Shown piece by piece: positions 21,151-32,765 of a stretch of DNA of 64,000 nt (position 1 is the first letter of the stretch; the number at the start of each line of letters is the position of its first letter). Where the stretch lies: NCBI GenBank assembly GCA_000091205.1, contig AP006502.2; one strand, written 5' to 3'. The DNA is from Cyanidioschyzon merolae. Its lineage: Eukaryota. The notes under the pieces were generated by a model. The model was not told the origin of the DNA. It saw only the letters and a program-made list of their open reading frames with translations, and ran no database searches. A program made the position numbers and the translations under genes.

Positions 21151-23029
21151 CATTCGCAGGATGGCAGCGTAGAAGAATCGAGATTTCTCTACTTGATAGC
21201 CAATATGAGTATTCCTTACAGTGCTCGTTTCATCATGGACAACTACGCGTTCCGCAACTCCTCCATCGAATAGAACGGCGCGAGCTTGCGTGTACAGCGG
21301 GCACAGTATTCGCCAACTGGATCACCTGGACATAGCTCGTGATCGTTGGATACGGCGCTGCCGGCATTAACGGAAAAGGGCAACGAACGGGGCCTCCTCT
21401 ACCCGTCAAAGGAATGCACTGTGCAATGAATGACGCCGTCCGTCGCCGCGGGACAGCAGCCGAAAGAGGAAGTGTGTTGGACATATGGGAACGCCTGATG
21501 ACAGTCACGTGTCACCGCTGCGAAATGCGCACCGGTTTTGTACACAAAGGCAACGAAAACGACACACAGAGCGTAGATCGCAACTCCCGCCTGTGCACGA
21601 CACGCTTTGACAAGGAAAACGGAGACGACGGAATCGGCAGTTTAACATAGTCAGCAACATCCTTCTACTGCTGATATCGGAGATGCAAGGACGGTCGAGA
21701 CCGGCGTATTCAAAGCCGGACATAAGCGAGATATAAAGGATGCAGTCGAAGAAACAGCCCGCAAAGTCTGCTGGTGATGATTTCAGAAACAGACTCAAAT
21801 TTCGGCGAGACGCCGACTCCTACGAGACCTGCTCCATTGTATTCGGGCGTGGATAGAACCGGATGGTGGCATTGCCATGACGCGTCATCGGCAAACCCGA
21901 ATGATGTACTTCGGAGTCCGAAGGGTCCCTTCAGAGCTCATGCGACACGCTTCGCTGTTTATCTATATCCAGTGCCGAGAGCGTTTCAGGACTGAAGGAA
22001 TTCTGGAGTCGTGCACGCTTCAGCACGAGTTCGTTGCTCGCGAAAATGTCTTAACGCTCCAGGCTATATACAGCTTACCACGCAATTCCATGGGGCGCAC
22101 GGATTGTACCACAGGAAACATTCGTGCTCGCTGCCTCTGTGAGCGAGCACCGGAAACTTTCCAGCATTGTGTATGCAGCGCTTGATATGCGAGGTTGCTA
22201 GCTATCACCAAGAGACCATATGTTTCCTGGTACTCTATTCAAGCAAAAAACTGACCACAAACGTCGACAAGGGAAACTTGAACTTGGGACTGCTCAGAGA
22301 GACTCGCTGCATTCCTAACCCTGGATCGACGCTCGCATCCCAAATTTGTCTCCAATACATGCGACCACGCTACACGAAAACCAGGTGTCCACGTCGATAT
22401 TTTGACATTTTTGTAGCGCAGGCTCCTGGTGCACAACAACACATCGCCAGGCTGGCGAGAGCTCTCACGGGTGAGGCCCTCGGGAGCGACGCGGATCCAT
22501 GGCTGGTAGCTACCGGCACCTGGACAAATCGTATGGAACGACAAAAGCATCCCCAGAAACGGATATCCATCGTGCAATACAGGATTTCCGGTTCAGGGTA
22601 ATGACCCTGTACCATAACGGATAAAAAAGAGATGCCCTCAGGCAGGAGAAACGCTGCATGACTCGTACGCCAGGAGCGAAGCGTCCAGGGACAGCGGCAG
22701 TCGCGATGCTGGCGAACGAGGGCCTCGCGTGCCGACACGCCGGCCAGCCGCATCGCGCCCAGTGCCGCAAACGGGCCGCTTTCCTTCACAGGCGGCGGCG
22801 TTTCTAACTCCAGGGCTTTCATTGAAGGCTTTTACAGTCAGTTGGTGAGCGAGGCCTGCGACCCAGCACAGCACGGGCGTCTTTCACGCTGTAGACGACT
22901 CCTGAGTACTAGATCCCACTGGAGAACGCTGCCCTAGAACGAAGCTTGGATATTAACACGACTTGCACGAGTTTCGTTTGAGGGTAGGTTCGTGGTGGCG
23001 TCCAGTGCCAAGGAAACGCTTCCTCCGCG

Positions 23030-25372
23030 GTGCAGTTCGGGGTGAGTGTTCTACCGACGCGAACACGCGTGTTGGTTATTGAACTAGAACTAGGGCTTGC
23101 GCTGTTCGGGGAAGGCATGCCGTGTCCGTTCGGGTACAGCATTGAGGACGTGACGACCCCGGTGAATGGGAACGCAAGTCGTTTAAGGAACTGTCACGGC
23201 CTTGCGAGTGCTGCCCGCTCCTGCAACGCGTCCGCTGCGCGTCATGACCAACAAATTGCCGTCGTCGCTAGCAGCGGGAAAGAGCCTGCCGTAGAAGACT
23301 ACGAACAGGACTATTTTCCTGGCATAGGAAGCATTTGTTTGGAGCAGTCTCGCCGAGCACCTGAGGAAGAACGGCCGAACTGCGTGCTTCCGGAACCTCC
23401 TTTGCGACCCGAGGAGCTGAATCAGGGCTACTGGCGGGATGTCGAAGACGAGGAACTGTGCGCTGACGGAGACGAAATGGAAGAACCTCTAGAATCGACT
23501 AGTCCACAAGAGACGCCTCTGGGTACTGAAACACGCCCAACGGAGCACGACGCGGGAGTACTCGTCGTCACCGGCTCGAAAACTTCCGAGGATGCGTCCG
23601 CATTGTCGGGCCCTGTTGCTATACAGCATACAGACGAAGCGAACGAAGCGCTGGCGGGGATGTGCGTTGCCCACGGATCGGACTCGAGCACCTGCAACGG
23701 GTGTACTGCGGAATGCGAGACCTCTCCGGCGAGTCGTGACCCCGTCCATGCGCTTAACAATAGACGAGGATTGGGGAGCTCTCAGCCATGGAACGGGAGC
23801 AACAAGGCCGATTGGTTAGATTGTAGCAGTATTACGGAGAGTGAAAACTCGTTATTCACGGAGCGCGCTTGTCAAGGCGGCATTTGTGGCGACTTGGAGC
23901 CGCGTGCGGCACTGGAGTGCGCACCTGATCCTTTGTCTGGCGACCGTCTGGCGGAGGGTCGAACTCGCACACTACCGAGAAGGGCAGCACGCTCCCCGGC
24001 ATGGCGCCGAGAGGCACCTGTGGCCATGTGGCCACCGCGCCCAGCATCCAGTCTGCAATCTAGCTCGAAGCTCGCTGCAACCGTTTCGGAGAGCAGTGCA
24101 TCTGCGTCGCACTGGACCTCGACACGAGCAGGTGACTCGCCGCCGGCTCTGGGCTGCATGGCGCCAGCGGGTAACGCAGCAACAAGTCCTGTTCCTCAGA
24201 TGGAGTTACCACGGGACCAGCGCAGCACCGCGTACATTCGACAGCGCAAGGGCCGCCCGCTCTACTATAATTCCTATCTCAAACTGGATCGGCTGTTTTC
24301 TTGCCAAGATCCGATCAGTTGGCGGTTTGGCGATCATGCACACGACGAAATGTTGTTCATTACGGTGCACCAGGTATACGAGCTGTGGTTCAAACAACTC
24401 ATCTACGAGCTGGATAGCTTGCGAGCCCTTTTCCTGGCCGAATCGATGGCAACCGATGGAGTCAGAGCTCAGCTCAGGGTTTCTGTGGACGCAAATCGCA
24501 TGATGAATCTCGCTTTGCATCGTCTGGATCGCATGGTGGAAATCCAGCGAATACTCGTCGAGCAGATCCGCGTTCTGGAAACCATGACACCGCAGGAGTT
24601 TCTCACTTTCAGAGATTACCTGTTTCCAGCAAGCGGATTCCAGTCATGGCAGTATCGGCTGCTCGAAGTGAAGCTCGGTGTCCGCGCAGAACAGCGCATC
24701 TCAAATCACTGGAAACTGCATCTGTCGGAGGAGCATCAGGCCGTTTTGAGCGATGCAGAAAAAGAACCCAGTCTCTTCGACTTGATTAACCATTGGCTCG
24801 AGCGACTGCCGTTTGTCGTCACGACCGAGGCCGACTTCAACTTCTGGGACGCGTACCGTAAGGCAACGGAGCGGATGCTGGCCCTCGATCGAGCGTTTAT
24901 CGACCGTGAGATTCACGCTGGCGCAGACCGCGCTCGCGCCTACCGAGAACTAAGTCGCATGCGCAACCTCTACCGCTCGGTGTACGAAGAACAAGTTCAC
25001 CAGGAAATGGTGGAGCGCGGCCAAAGACGCATGAGTTTCAAAGCGATGGCCGCAGCGCTCCTCATCATGCTCTACGAGCGGGAAGCGCCCTACCTCCAGT
25101 TGCCGCATCGGGTGCTACGCCGTCTGCTCGACCTCGACGAGGGCATGGCGCAGTGGCGTTTCCGGCACGTACAACTGGTATCGCGAATGATTGGCTCGAA
25201 AACCGGAACCGGAGGATCGCTGGGCGTTCACTATCTCATGCTCACGTTGGAGGCCAGTCGGGTGTTTACCGACCTTGGCAACATGGCGGCCTTGCTGATC
25301 CCAGCGCGACTCTTACCGGATCTGCCGGAGAAGCTTCGCCAACAACTGGAATACGCCTGGACGCAAGTGTAA
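23030..25372 (+). CDS. Tryptophan 2,3-dioxygenase (TDO) with ~400-aa acidic low-complexity N-terminal extension (alternative starts at 24158 or 24200)
   Basis: C-terminal ~380 aa: YYNSYLKLDRLFSCQ...HDEMLFITVHQVYELWFKQLIYELDSL...VLETMTPQEFLTFRDYLFPASGFQSWQYRLLEVKLG...RMIGSKTGTGGSLGVHYL is collinear with the TDO family ([61 protein letters not shown]). The upstream 376 codons are open, so they are probably coding. Confidence 0.85.
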   Translation: MQFGVSVLPTRTRVLVIELELGLALFGEGMPCPFGYSIEDVTTPVNGNASRLRNCHGLASAARSCNASAARHDQQIAVVASSGKEPAVEDYEQDYFPGIGSICLEQSRRAPEEERPNCVLPEPPLRPEELNQGYWRDVEDEELCADGDEMEEPLESTSPQETPLGTETRPTEHDAGVLVVTGSKTSEDASALSGPVAIQHTDEANEALAGMCVAHGSDSSTCNGCTAECETSPASRDPVHALNNRRGLGSSQPWNGSNKADWLDCSSITESENSLFTERACQGGICGDLEPRAALECAPDPLSGDRLAEGRTRTLPRRAARSPAWRREAPVAMWPPRPASSLQSSSKLAATVSESSASASHWTSTRAGDSPPALGCMAPAGNAATSPVPQMELPRDQRSTAYIRQRKGRPLYYNSYLKLDRLFSCQDPISWRFGDHAHDEMLFITVHQVYELWFKQLIYELDSLRALFLAESMATDGVRAQLRVSVDANRMMNLALHRLDRMVEIQRILVEQIRVLETMTPQEFLTFRDYLFPASGFQSWQYRLLEVKLGVRAEQRISNHWKLHLSEEHQAVLSDAEKEPSLFDLINHWLERLPFVVTTEADFNFWDAYRKATERMLALDRAFIDREIHAGADRARAYRELSRMRNLYRSVYEEQVHQEMVERGQRRMSFKAMAAALLIMLYEREAPYLQLPHRVLRRLLDLDEGMAQWRFRHVQLVSRMIGSKTGTGGSLGVHYLMLTLEASRVFTDLGNMAALLIPARLLPDLPEKLRQQLEYAWTQV

Positions 25373-25689
25373 GTGTGTTTGGATTCCTGCATGGCTTTAT
25401 GAATGCGTTCGGTGTGCGTGTTGGTGTGTGCCATGTTCCAGCATCAGCTATTGGAACAAGGCAGCGTCCGACTCGCTGGTGTCGTCGATCCTGTGGTGTC
25501 CTTGGGTGCCGCGACTCTTACTGCCGGCAGATGGCGCACGCGTGCTCCACTTGTGTGTCAGATAAAAATGGGATACGCGAGTCCTCGCTCCCTTCCTGTT
25601 TCAGCGTTTTTCCACAGAAGCTTTTTAGATAGATAGCCTCGACGTTGCAAGTGCAGTCAAAAGCGCTAACGAATTCGTTCATAGTTTCA

Positions 25690-26400
25690 GGATGCTCAGA
25701 AGCGCGCTTTCCGAAATGGCTCCGTCGACGCTTTGTAGCGGGAAATTGTTCCCTCATTCGCATCAGGGTGATTTGCGACGCCCTCGGACAAACTTGTGTA
25801 AAACAACCGATATCATCATCGAATTCTTGTGCACGAACTTGTATTCTTCTTCGTCTACCGCGAGTAGTATACTCAAATCACTGATACTTCACGTCTTCGA
25901 TCTTTCTGTTGACATGTAACTCGCGGGTGCAGCAACGTGCGCAGCCGGATTGACGACGAAGAAACACGACGTCATCGTTTGATAACTTCTTCACAAGCGC
26001 ATACCACCTATGCGTTCACTGAACTTGCCACGTCAAATACTCTATTTCGTCCGGGAGAAAAATCAACCTCTCTCATAGTGGTCATCGATTCGTCTGCTTT
26101 CGACGGCCGTTCGATACCCCTCGCGGGATATGCTTCCAGTGGCTCCTGTTTCTTCTGTTTCCATGAAAAAAGGTCTCGCACCTGGACCCGAGTCATCGCA
26201 GCGACGGCTTTTTTAGAGCGTGCATGACTGCTTTGCGTCGAGAGAGCGAAGACAGATCCATTTTTCTCGACCTGTTCTCCGACTTGGATTTCGCTTCTGT
26301 TACTTGTTTCATGGTGAACAGCATTGTGCTTATTGGAACCTCTGTCGAAAAAGGCAGCGTGTGCTTGCGTATGCGCCCGATACAATACGCACCACGGGAA
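25690..26400 (+). repeat. Composite interspersed repeat, copy C (forward)
   Basis: Part-1 at ~25750-25920 (TTDIIIEFLCTNLYSSSSTASSILKSLILHVFD vs LIDIIIQCIRTGIQSSHFVIWSMLGSHFVQVFD in copy A). Middle tgaacttgccacgtcaaata at ~26020. Part-3 reversed at 26008-26385 (VHHETSNRSEIQVGEQVEK vs VHHETSAGGNIHAGEQVEF at 46780). Confidence 0.75.
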
Positions 26401-27295
26401 TCGCCCAGAAGAAGCCCCTGATCGTATAATGTTGAGGCGTGTGCGGAGACGGAGGAATGCATCACCACGAGCCTGTTGTACTCGTTATGTACCGAAGGAT
26501 GAAGCGTGTCTCCATATGGCACAGGGCGGCGCTCTGGGAAGCGGTTCTCGCCGACCCATGAGAACAGCCAAGTGTTGCAGCTGAGACGGTCGCACCGAGT
26601 CTATCGGCAAAACAAGATGAAAATGGTAAGCAATGCGAAGAGCGTAGCTTTTGGCTGTGCTTGACATGCGTCGACTGGAATACGAAGTGGCGAGCTGGTC
26701 ACTTGAACACTACACTGAGCATGCTTGTACTCATGAAAACAGTGCTGGAGGCAAAGGAGAAACTGGTGTATTGTACGCCGGATTTACGAGAGGAAAAGCA
26801 TGCAGTCAATGAAATAGTAAGCAATATCTGGTGTTGATAACTGGAGTAAGAGACCCCAAATCTAGCGTTTACATTCGAGATAGCCGGACGCATCCTTCTC
26901 GTTTCATTCTGGCACGGTTGTAGCAGCGAAAGATGCATGGAAAAGGGTACCTGGCTGTACGACGAGCGCGTTGTATACGACCTCTGCCTGACAGCCTGCC
27001 GGACTGGACACGAGAACGGTTCGCGTTGTGCAAGTCGTACCATGCCCTGCTGTGCTGAGGTCGTCGACCCGCACGGTGTCGCATTCGTTCGGAAACCAGA
27101 TGATTCTTATCTTAACTGAGCGCTTTTTAGGTTTTATCCCGTTGGGATTACGCCGGTTCATCTGCGGGGCCTACCGCTTTCCCTGCGAGCATGTTCCGCA
27201 GCGATGACACTTCTGGCTGGTACTGGAAACTGCGTGGTGTCTCGTAGTCGTCCAAGACGGAGTAACGCGGCACTGATCCCGTTACAGACCCAGCG

Positions 27296-27330
27296 TTGCC
27301 GTGTCGTGCCGTGCCGTGCTGTGCCGTGCC
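27296..27330. repeat. Pentanucleotide microsatellite (CCGTG)n, ~6 units with one variant
   Basis: gtcgtgccgtgccgtgctgtgccgtgcc read directly. Confidence 0.8.
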
Positions 27331-27643
27331 CCGCAGAGGCGACCTGGCTGCACCCATGCGATGCGTACCGGTCACTGTCAAGCTTGGATATCGCTCTGTC
27401 TGTTGCAGTGAATCCGATTCCTCGTTTACTGCACGTGTTCAGGGCCAGGTCCCGTCCCGCCGGGAACGCAGCGCTGGACGAGGACGCATCACGAGTACTA
27501 GCTTGCTGCGTTGCTATGCAAGTGATGCGCTTCTGGCCACTGCCGGAGCGCCCTGAACGCTAATGCGTATGCGTTGATGGATAGGAGGCATTGGGTCCAA
27601 TGTTCCAGCGTCAGGGTCTCTTTATCGGCCACGAATTACGCAA

Positions 27644-29605
27644 TTAGCGTCCATGTCGTGGGCGTTTCACCAGTGCCGCAGATGTTCCTGTTTTCTGCTC
27701 TTGAAGTTGTCGCGCAACGAGCTCGTCATACAGCCGCTGCTTCCTCCGACTGAGCAGCATTCGCTGTCGATGACGCTGCTCTGCGAGCTTCTTCTCCACG
27801 GCAATGGGTGTCGTGCCCGCATGTTTCGATTTGGTATACTCAGGAACATCACCATCATCATCGGAATCGGAATCGGCGGCGTCCAGCGTCGCCTCGTGGT
27901 CACTATCGACAGCATCAAGGGGTCTCTGGGACGCTGCAATCTCGGGATTCGTCTGGAGATGATTGGTATGCGAGTCAGACCCGGAAGCCACAGATGCTTG
28001 TGGCTCTTCAAGCCATGCTAATTCTTTGGGTAAAGGAACGCTGGTGGCGCCGGTCTTCACGCGCTCCAAATAGAGGCGATATGCGGGGCGCTGCACTTCG
28101 GCACTGCTCGCTGCATCCGTATGCTGGAGTCGCTGGCGTGTCTCCTCCTCGAGTTCGGACTCCCACGGGCTCAGATGCGGTGGCAAGCGACGCCCAACGC
28201 GATATAACCATGTTGGTAAACGAAACGCTTCATTGATCGAATCGAATACCCATTGAGGTTGGATATACTCCCGATCCAAGCGTCTGCTGGGCAGCATTTC
28301 GAGTGGACGATCAGCAATCACATAGTGAATACGATCGTCATCAATAGTCAGCGGCGATGTTGACGTGCATGGACTCTCATAGCCAACGGCTTCGGCGCCG
28401 CAGGCGTAGAGTACCATTTCCAAGATGTGAACGGGTGTCTCACGATGTACGTAAAAGTAGAGACCCCGGAAGAGATTCGCTAGCGTATCCCTTGAATGAT
28501 CGGTTTGGGCAAGGCCGTCCACGAGTGAAGGCGGCGGAGCAGTTGTCTCGGGAGAATGCGTCCCCTGGTTGGAGACCGTTTCCAGCGCCTCTTCATCGAC
28601 ATCGGTGCCGTTTTGTACTTGCTGCGACGCTGCTGCTCCTGTGCCCGTTCCCGCGCTTGCCAGTCGCAGAGCGCCTGTGCTGTCGTGCATGTTCGAATCC
28701 GTGGAGTCCCTGTTCGAGCGCGAAACCGAAAGCGGTACATCGATGCAATTTGACTCTGGAATAGGCCCTAACTGCGCCAATGTGCGAACTTCCATCATTT
28801 CGCGGAGAAGCGCCCCGCGCGACTCTGCGTTGCGATCGACGCGCGGCGGGTACTCGACCCCTAAGACCCGACGATAGAGTCGAAGCAGCACAAAGTGGAG
28901 CAGTGCCTCATGGAACTCGAGGAACGTGCTCATAACTTTCAAGTCGACCGAAGGCGGCACATACTGAACAAAACGATGCGGCTGCGACCAAAGTATCCGT
29001 ACACCCTCTATTTGAGCTTCGAAATAGAAACCTCTGACACTCGCAAATAGGCGGCGCAGGTGACCTGGTCGCAGCATCAGAAACAGCTGCCATTCTCTGG
29101 CTAACCGCGCACAATTTTCCAGTCGTGCCGGGGGGAAAAGCCCCCGACTGACACCGCGTCGCCCATCGCCCGGTCGAGATATTTCGGCGAACGTGTGCAC
29201 CATCGTTAGCGCATCATCAAGCTCAGCAAGCGCATCCGTAAACGATGGATAGCGTTCGCGTATTAGATGCTCGAGCGAATAAACCGGTGACGATCTGGCC
29301 GCCAGAGCCGCCTGGGAGAACTCGCCACGCGCCAGCGCTCGCCGGTAGCGGCGTCGGAAGGCGGCCAACTCACGGAACTTGTTGATTAAAGGCTCGTGCG
29401 CAAGGAACTGGATATCCTTCTTCAAATAGTATGTCCGCCGCGGCCCCTCGAACTTGTTCCGAGGATCTCGTGGGAATTTGCCCTTTAGGATGCAGAGTCG
29501 GCGAAAGTCGCTGAGCGAGAGCTGCAGCATTCGCAGTGCTTTCGCTCTGGTAACATAGGTGGCAGCGGCCCCGCTTGTGCCTTTTTTATTCCGCTCTGCG
29601 ACCAT
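27644..29605 (-). CDS. Pescadillo homologue (PES1/Nop7; ribosome biogenesis, BRCT domain)
   Basis: From Met at 29605: [52 protein letters not shown]...[39 protein letters not shown] matches the Pescadillo N-terminal domain ([51 protein letters not shown]). The ORF remains open 59 codons further upstream to 29782. Confidence 0.9.
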   Translation of the reverse strand: [653 protein letters not shown]

Positions 29606-30659
29606 GGTTGCCGTTTCGCTCGCCGAGATCAGCTGGGACGCTCGCACGGTAAGCGAATCAGGGCCTACCCGGTTCCGTCGAATCTGCTGGAGCGCGTGGT
29701 ACCCGGCTTCGTTGTGGCTCAGTGGACCCCGCACCGCCGAAAAGGTATACACCACTGACAACTCCCGTGAGCGCAGCCACAAAAATTAGATGAGGATGTC
29801 GAAGCACAAACGGTTTGTAGCGCGGAGTCACCCGGATAACCGTGGAAACACTCGGCACGACGGGTTCAGTTGCTCCAGCACGCTCTTGACGACGACGCAA
29901 GCGGGCCCAGCGCGGACGCGGCATAGCGTCGAAGAAGTACCGACGCGATGCGCATGGGTCTTGCATACGAACTGTCCTTATCGGCCAGGTGCGTCTATAA
30001 ATGTACATATTGTACAAGATGAGCCAAACCGGTTCATGCTGCGCGGGCTATCTCGACTGAATCGCCCGAGCTGCTTCATCGAACAGTAGCTTGCAAGTTT
30101 TGCTGTCATTGTTAGAACCGTGTCAGCGTGGAAGTGGACGCATCAGCTTGGCCAACTCGAACGGTCACGCGACTGCTTGGCCAATTTCCTACGCTCAGCA
30201 GCACTAGATTTTTTGGACTTTTTTCCTGCCATGACATCCTTGTCTTGTCTCTGATCCCGGGCTTTTAACCTTCCGCCGGTCTCTTCTATCAATCCAGCTC
30301 CGCTGTCAATAGTCGAAGGATGCTGATGGTAGCGTTCAAGCTCAGATCTGGGTGCTTCCGGCTTTTGCCTACGCCTTTCAGGTCCGGACAGAAGTTACGA
30401 ACTACGTTTCGCTTGCCATTTTCACCTTCGTAGCATACAGGCCGGATACGCCTTCTCCAGTGGTGCCACTTGGCCGAGGTCAGGTATTGCCATATGTCTA
30501 CCAGAACGCTTCGTCCTCCGAGCGCTGCCCCGTGGCACGTGGATGCATGCTTCATGGCCACGTACGCGACCTCGGCGGATTCAGAAGCTTCCGCTCGATG
30601 CGCTGCTCCCTTGCCCCGCCTGATGCGGTACCAGACGACAGCAGGTTTCCTCAGAGCGA

Positions 30660-31300
30660 CTTGCTGAGCGAGTGCTCAGTTTGGTGCACGCGCAAACGCA
30701 TGCTATTGCATTGGACGGTGGATTTACGGAACAGGATATTGGCCATGATGAAACAGGTATCGGAACGAACATCAACGCTGGGGAACAAGTCGAGAAACTT
30801 CGATGCCCCTGCACTCGCTTCACATCAATCGGTGACGTAGTCTCCACGGGACTTGATCGCTGCGATGCCCCAAGCCCGAGTCCGAGGTCCCTTGTTCCAT
30901 GCAAACAGAAGAGACGGTAGCCTCTGGGCGCGTATCCCCTGAGAGGCCGTAAGCACGTGTCGAGCGCCGTTTTGCCGATGGTAAGCATGATCGGATGATT
31001 TGTCTCTCAAGCGGAATACATTATTTGACGTGGCAAGTTCAGTCATTTTTTTATGATCTATTCATCACGTCCTCAATGAACGACGTCGATCTTTCTTTTT
31101 CTTCAATCCCGAGGCACGAGTCGCTGCGCCTGCAACTTGCCTTGAAACAGAAGGATTCAACAGTTGAAGCATGTGTGATTAGAGATGCTGCACGGAAAGA
31201 AGCTGGAAGAATTTATGCTCATGCGAATGATTTGGATCATGATATCGGCTAGTTTACGAATCCTCGTTCAACAGCGCGGCGAATGGCCCTGATGCCGGTG
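30660..31300 (-). repeat. Composite interspersed repeat, copy D (reverse orientation: part-3 forward then part-1 reversed)
   Basis: 30672-30930 aligns with 46729-46960 (GHDETGIGTNINAGEQVEKL; ...catgcaaacagaagagacggtagcc). Middle attatttgacgtggcaagttcagtc at ~31010-31035. Part-1 reversed at ~31100-31300 (atcatgatccaaatcattcgcatgagcataaattcttcc read on the minus strand). Confidence 0.75.
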
Positions 31301-31583
31301 ACGTAACGAACTCCATCGGAAAACGAGTCAAATGAAGCACTTTGAAACTGGCTTCCGAGAACTCCAAAGCTACGTACGAACCCCTAAGCACTGCTAGCTG
31401 CACTCTGTATCCCGAACCAGTGCATGTAGGAAAGTTCAGAATAATAGCCATGCAGGTATAGAGCGAGCAGCTCATTGATCGATCTCGATCTGCCAGCGGT
31501 GTGGCGTGTCAGTACGCCGCGGTCGCCCTGCGGGATAAAACAACGGCCAGAGCGACATCAGCCGCAGTTCTTACCAGCTACGG

Positions 31584-32765
31584 TTGCATAGACGAACTTA
31601 CAAGAGTGTAGCGCTTCGCACTGAAACAAGCAAGGAGCGCCGGTTCGCTAAGGGTCGCACTTCACCGGCTCTCATGGTTCCTCAGCAGACGCCACCAGAC
31701 GACCAAGCGCAGCCACGTACGTTCCACTTTAGCGACAAGTTGGAGAATCACCTGCGTCGAGTGGATGATCCAGGTCTGCGTTGGTGTCAACGTCGCGTTG
31801 AAAGTCGTCTGCGGTATTGGTTAGCACTTGCGCTCACCGCCATCACCACTGTGGAAGCTGGTGTTCTCTTTACGTTCGTCTTGTGCGGGGCCGGCTTTTG
31901 CAGACAAGCCTGCGTTTGGAATATGCACCTGCTCGTATTGAGTCTGGTCTCTCAAGTTCCGAAGCGCTTTATCTGGCGAAGCCGGCCGCACGTGCAACAG
32001 CGTGCCGTTCCCCTGCGGAGAGACCGAACGTCTTCGTTCCCATCGAGGGGAGTCACGTGTGCCTGGGTATACCCCGTGGCCCTGATTCGTGCTTTTCGGT
32101 GCACACAACCCGCAACGCATATGAGCCGTACTCAAAGTTTTTTCCTGTCTTGCGTATTCGTTGGTTCGGCGACACTGCTGACATTGGCTACAGCCTGGGC
32201 TCGCGTCTTTCTCGGTGTACATTTCCCGACGGATACGATTGCAGGTTTCCTTCAGGGCCTACTCATTCTCGCGCTAGTTCCCCGGCAATACGATGCATTT
32301 TGTCCCCAGATGCGTTCGATATGGGTCGCGCTACGGAACACGCCAAAGTCCTTGGATGGCCTGCGGTTCGTAGGTATGACTGCTGTCGGTGCCCAGCTGC
32401 TGCTGATCGCTGAACTACCCCGCCTTCAACTCTGGGGCAAGGCATCCTTCGTCTTTGGGGCCGAATGGAGCATGATCGCTCTTGGTGTAAGCGGCTTGCG
32501 ATTCAGGCCATTTCGGCTGTCATGGGAGGTCCGTCTACTTGGCGCCCTGATCAGCGCGGTTTACGGAGCCGCCACTCTGTTCACAGCCGCGTTTTTCATT
32601 TCCGAACAACAACGCCATCAACGGTCTCCTAAGCGACATCACCAATCCCAGAGATGGCTAGCCATACCACACTTGGCGATTTTCCTCTCCGTATATGGTG
32701 CTGGTGTCCTGTTTTTTTGGATTGCTCCGAAAGTGCTCTCAAAATTTGAGTCATTTGTCGGATGA
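31584..32765 (+). CDS. PAP2-superfamily lipid phosphate phosphatase-like membrane protein
   Basis: 393-aa ORF with multiple hydrophobic helices and PAP2 motifs in order: KRFIWRSRP (KxxxxxxRP), SFPSRGV (PSGH-like), RVFLGVHFPTDTIAG (SRxxxxxHxxxD). Confidence 0.7.
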   Translation: MHRRTYKSVALRTETSKERRFAKGRTSPALMVPQQTPPDDQAQPRTFHFSDKLENHLRRVDDPGLRWCQRRVESRLRYWLALALTAITTVEAGVLFTFVLCGAGFCRQACVWNMHLLVLSLVSQVPKRFIWRSRPHVQQRAVPLRRDRTSSFPSRGVTCAWVYPVALIRAFRCTQPATHMSRTQSFFLSCVFVGSATLLTLATAWARVFLGVHFPTDTIAGFLQGLLILALVPRQYDAFCPQMRSIWVALRNTPKSLDGLRFVGMTAVGAQLLLIAELPRLQLWGKASFVFGAEWSMIALGVSGLRFRPFRLSWEVRLLGALISAVYGAATLFTAAFFISEQQRHQRSPKRHHQSQRWLAIPHLAIFLSVYGAGVLFFWIAPKVLSKFESFVG

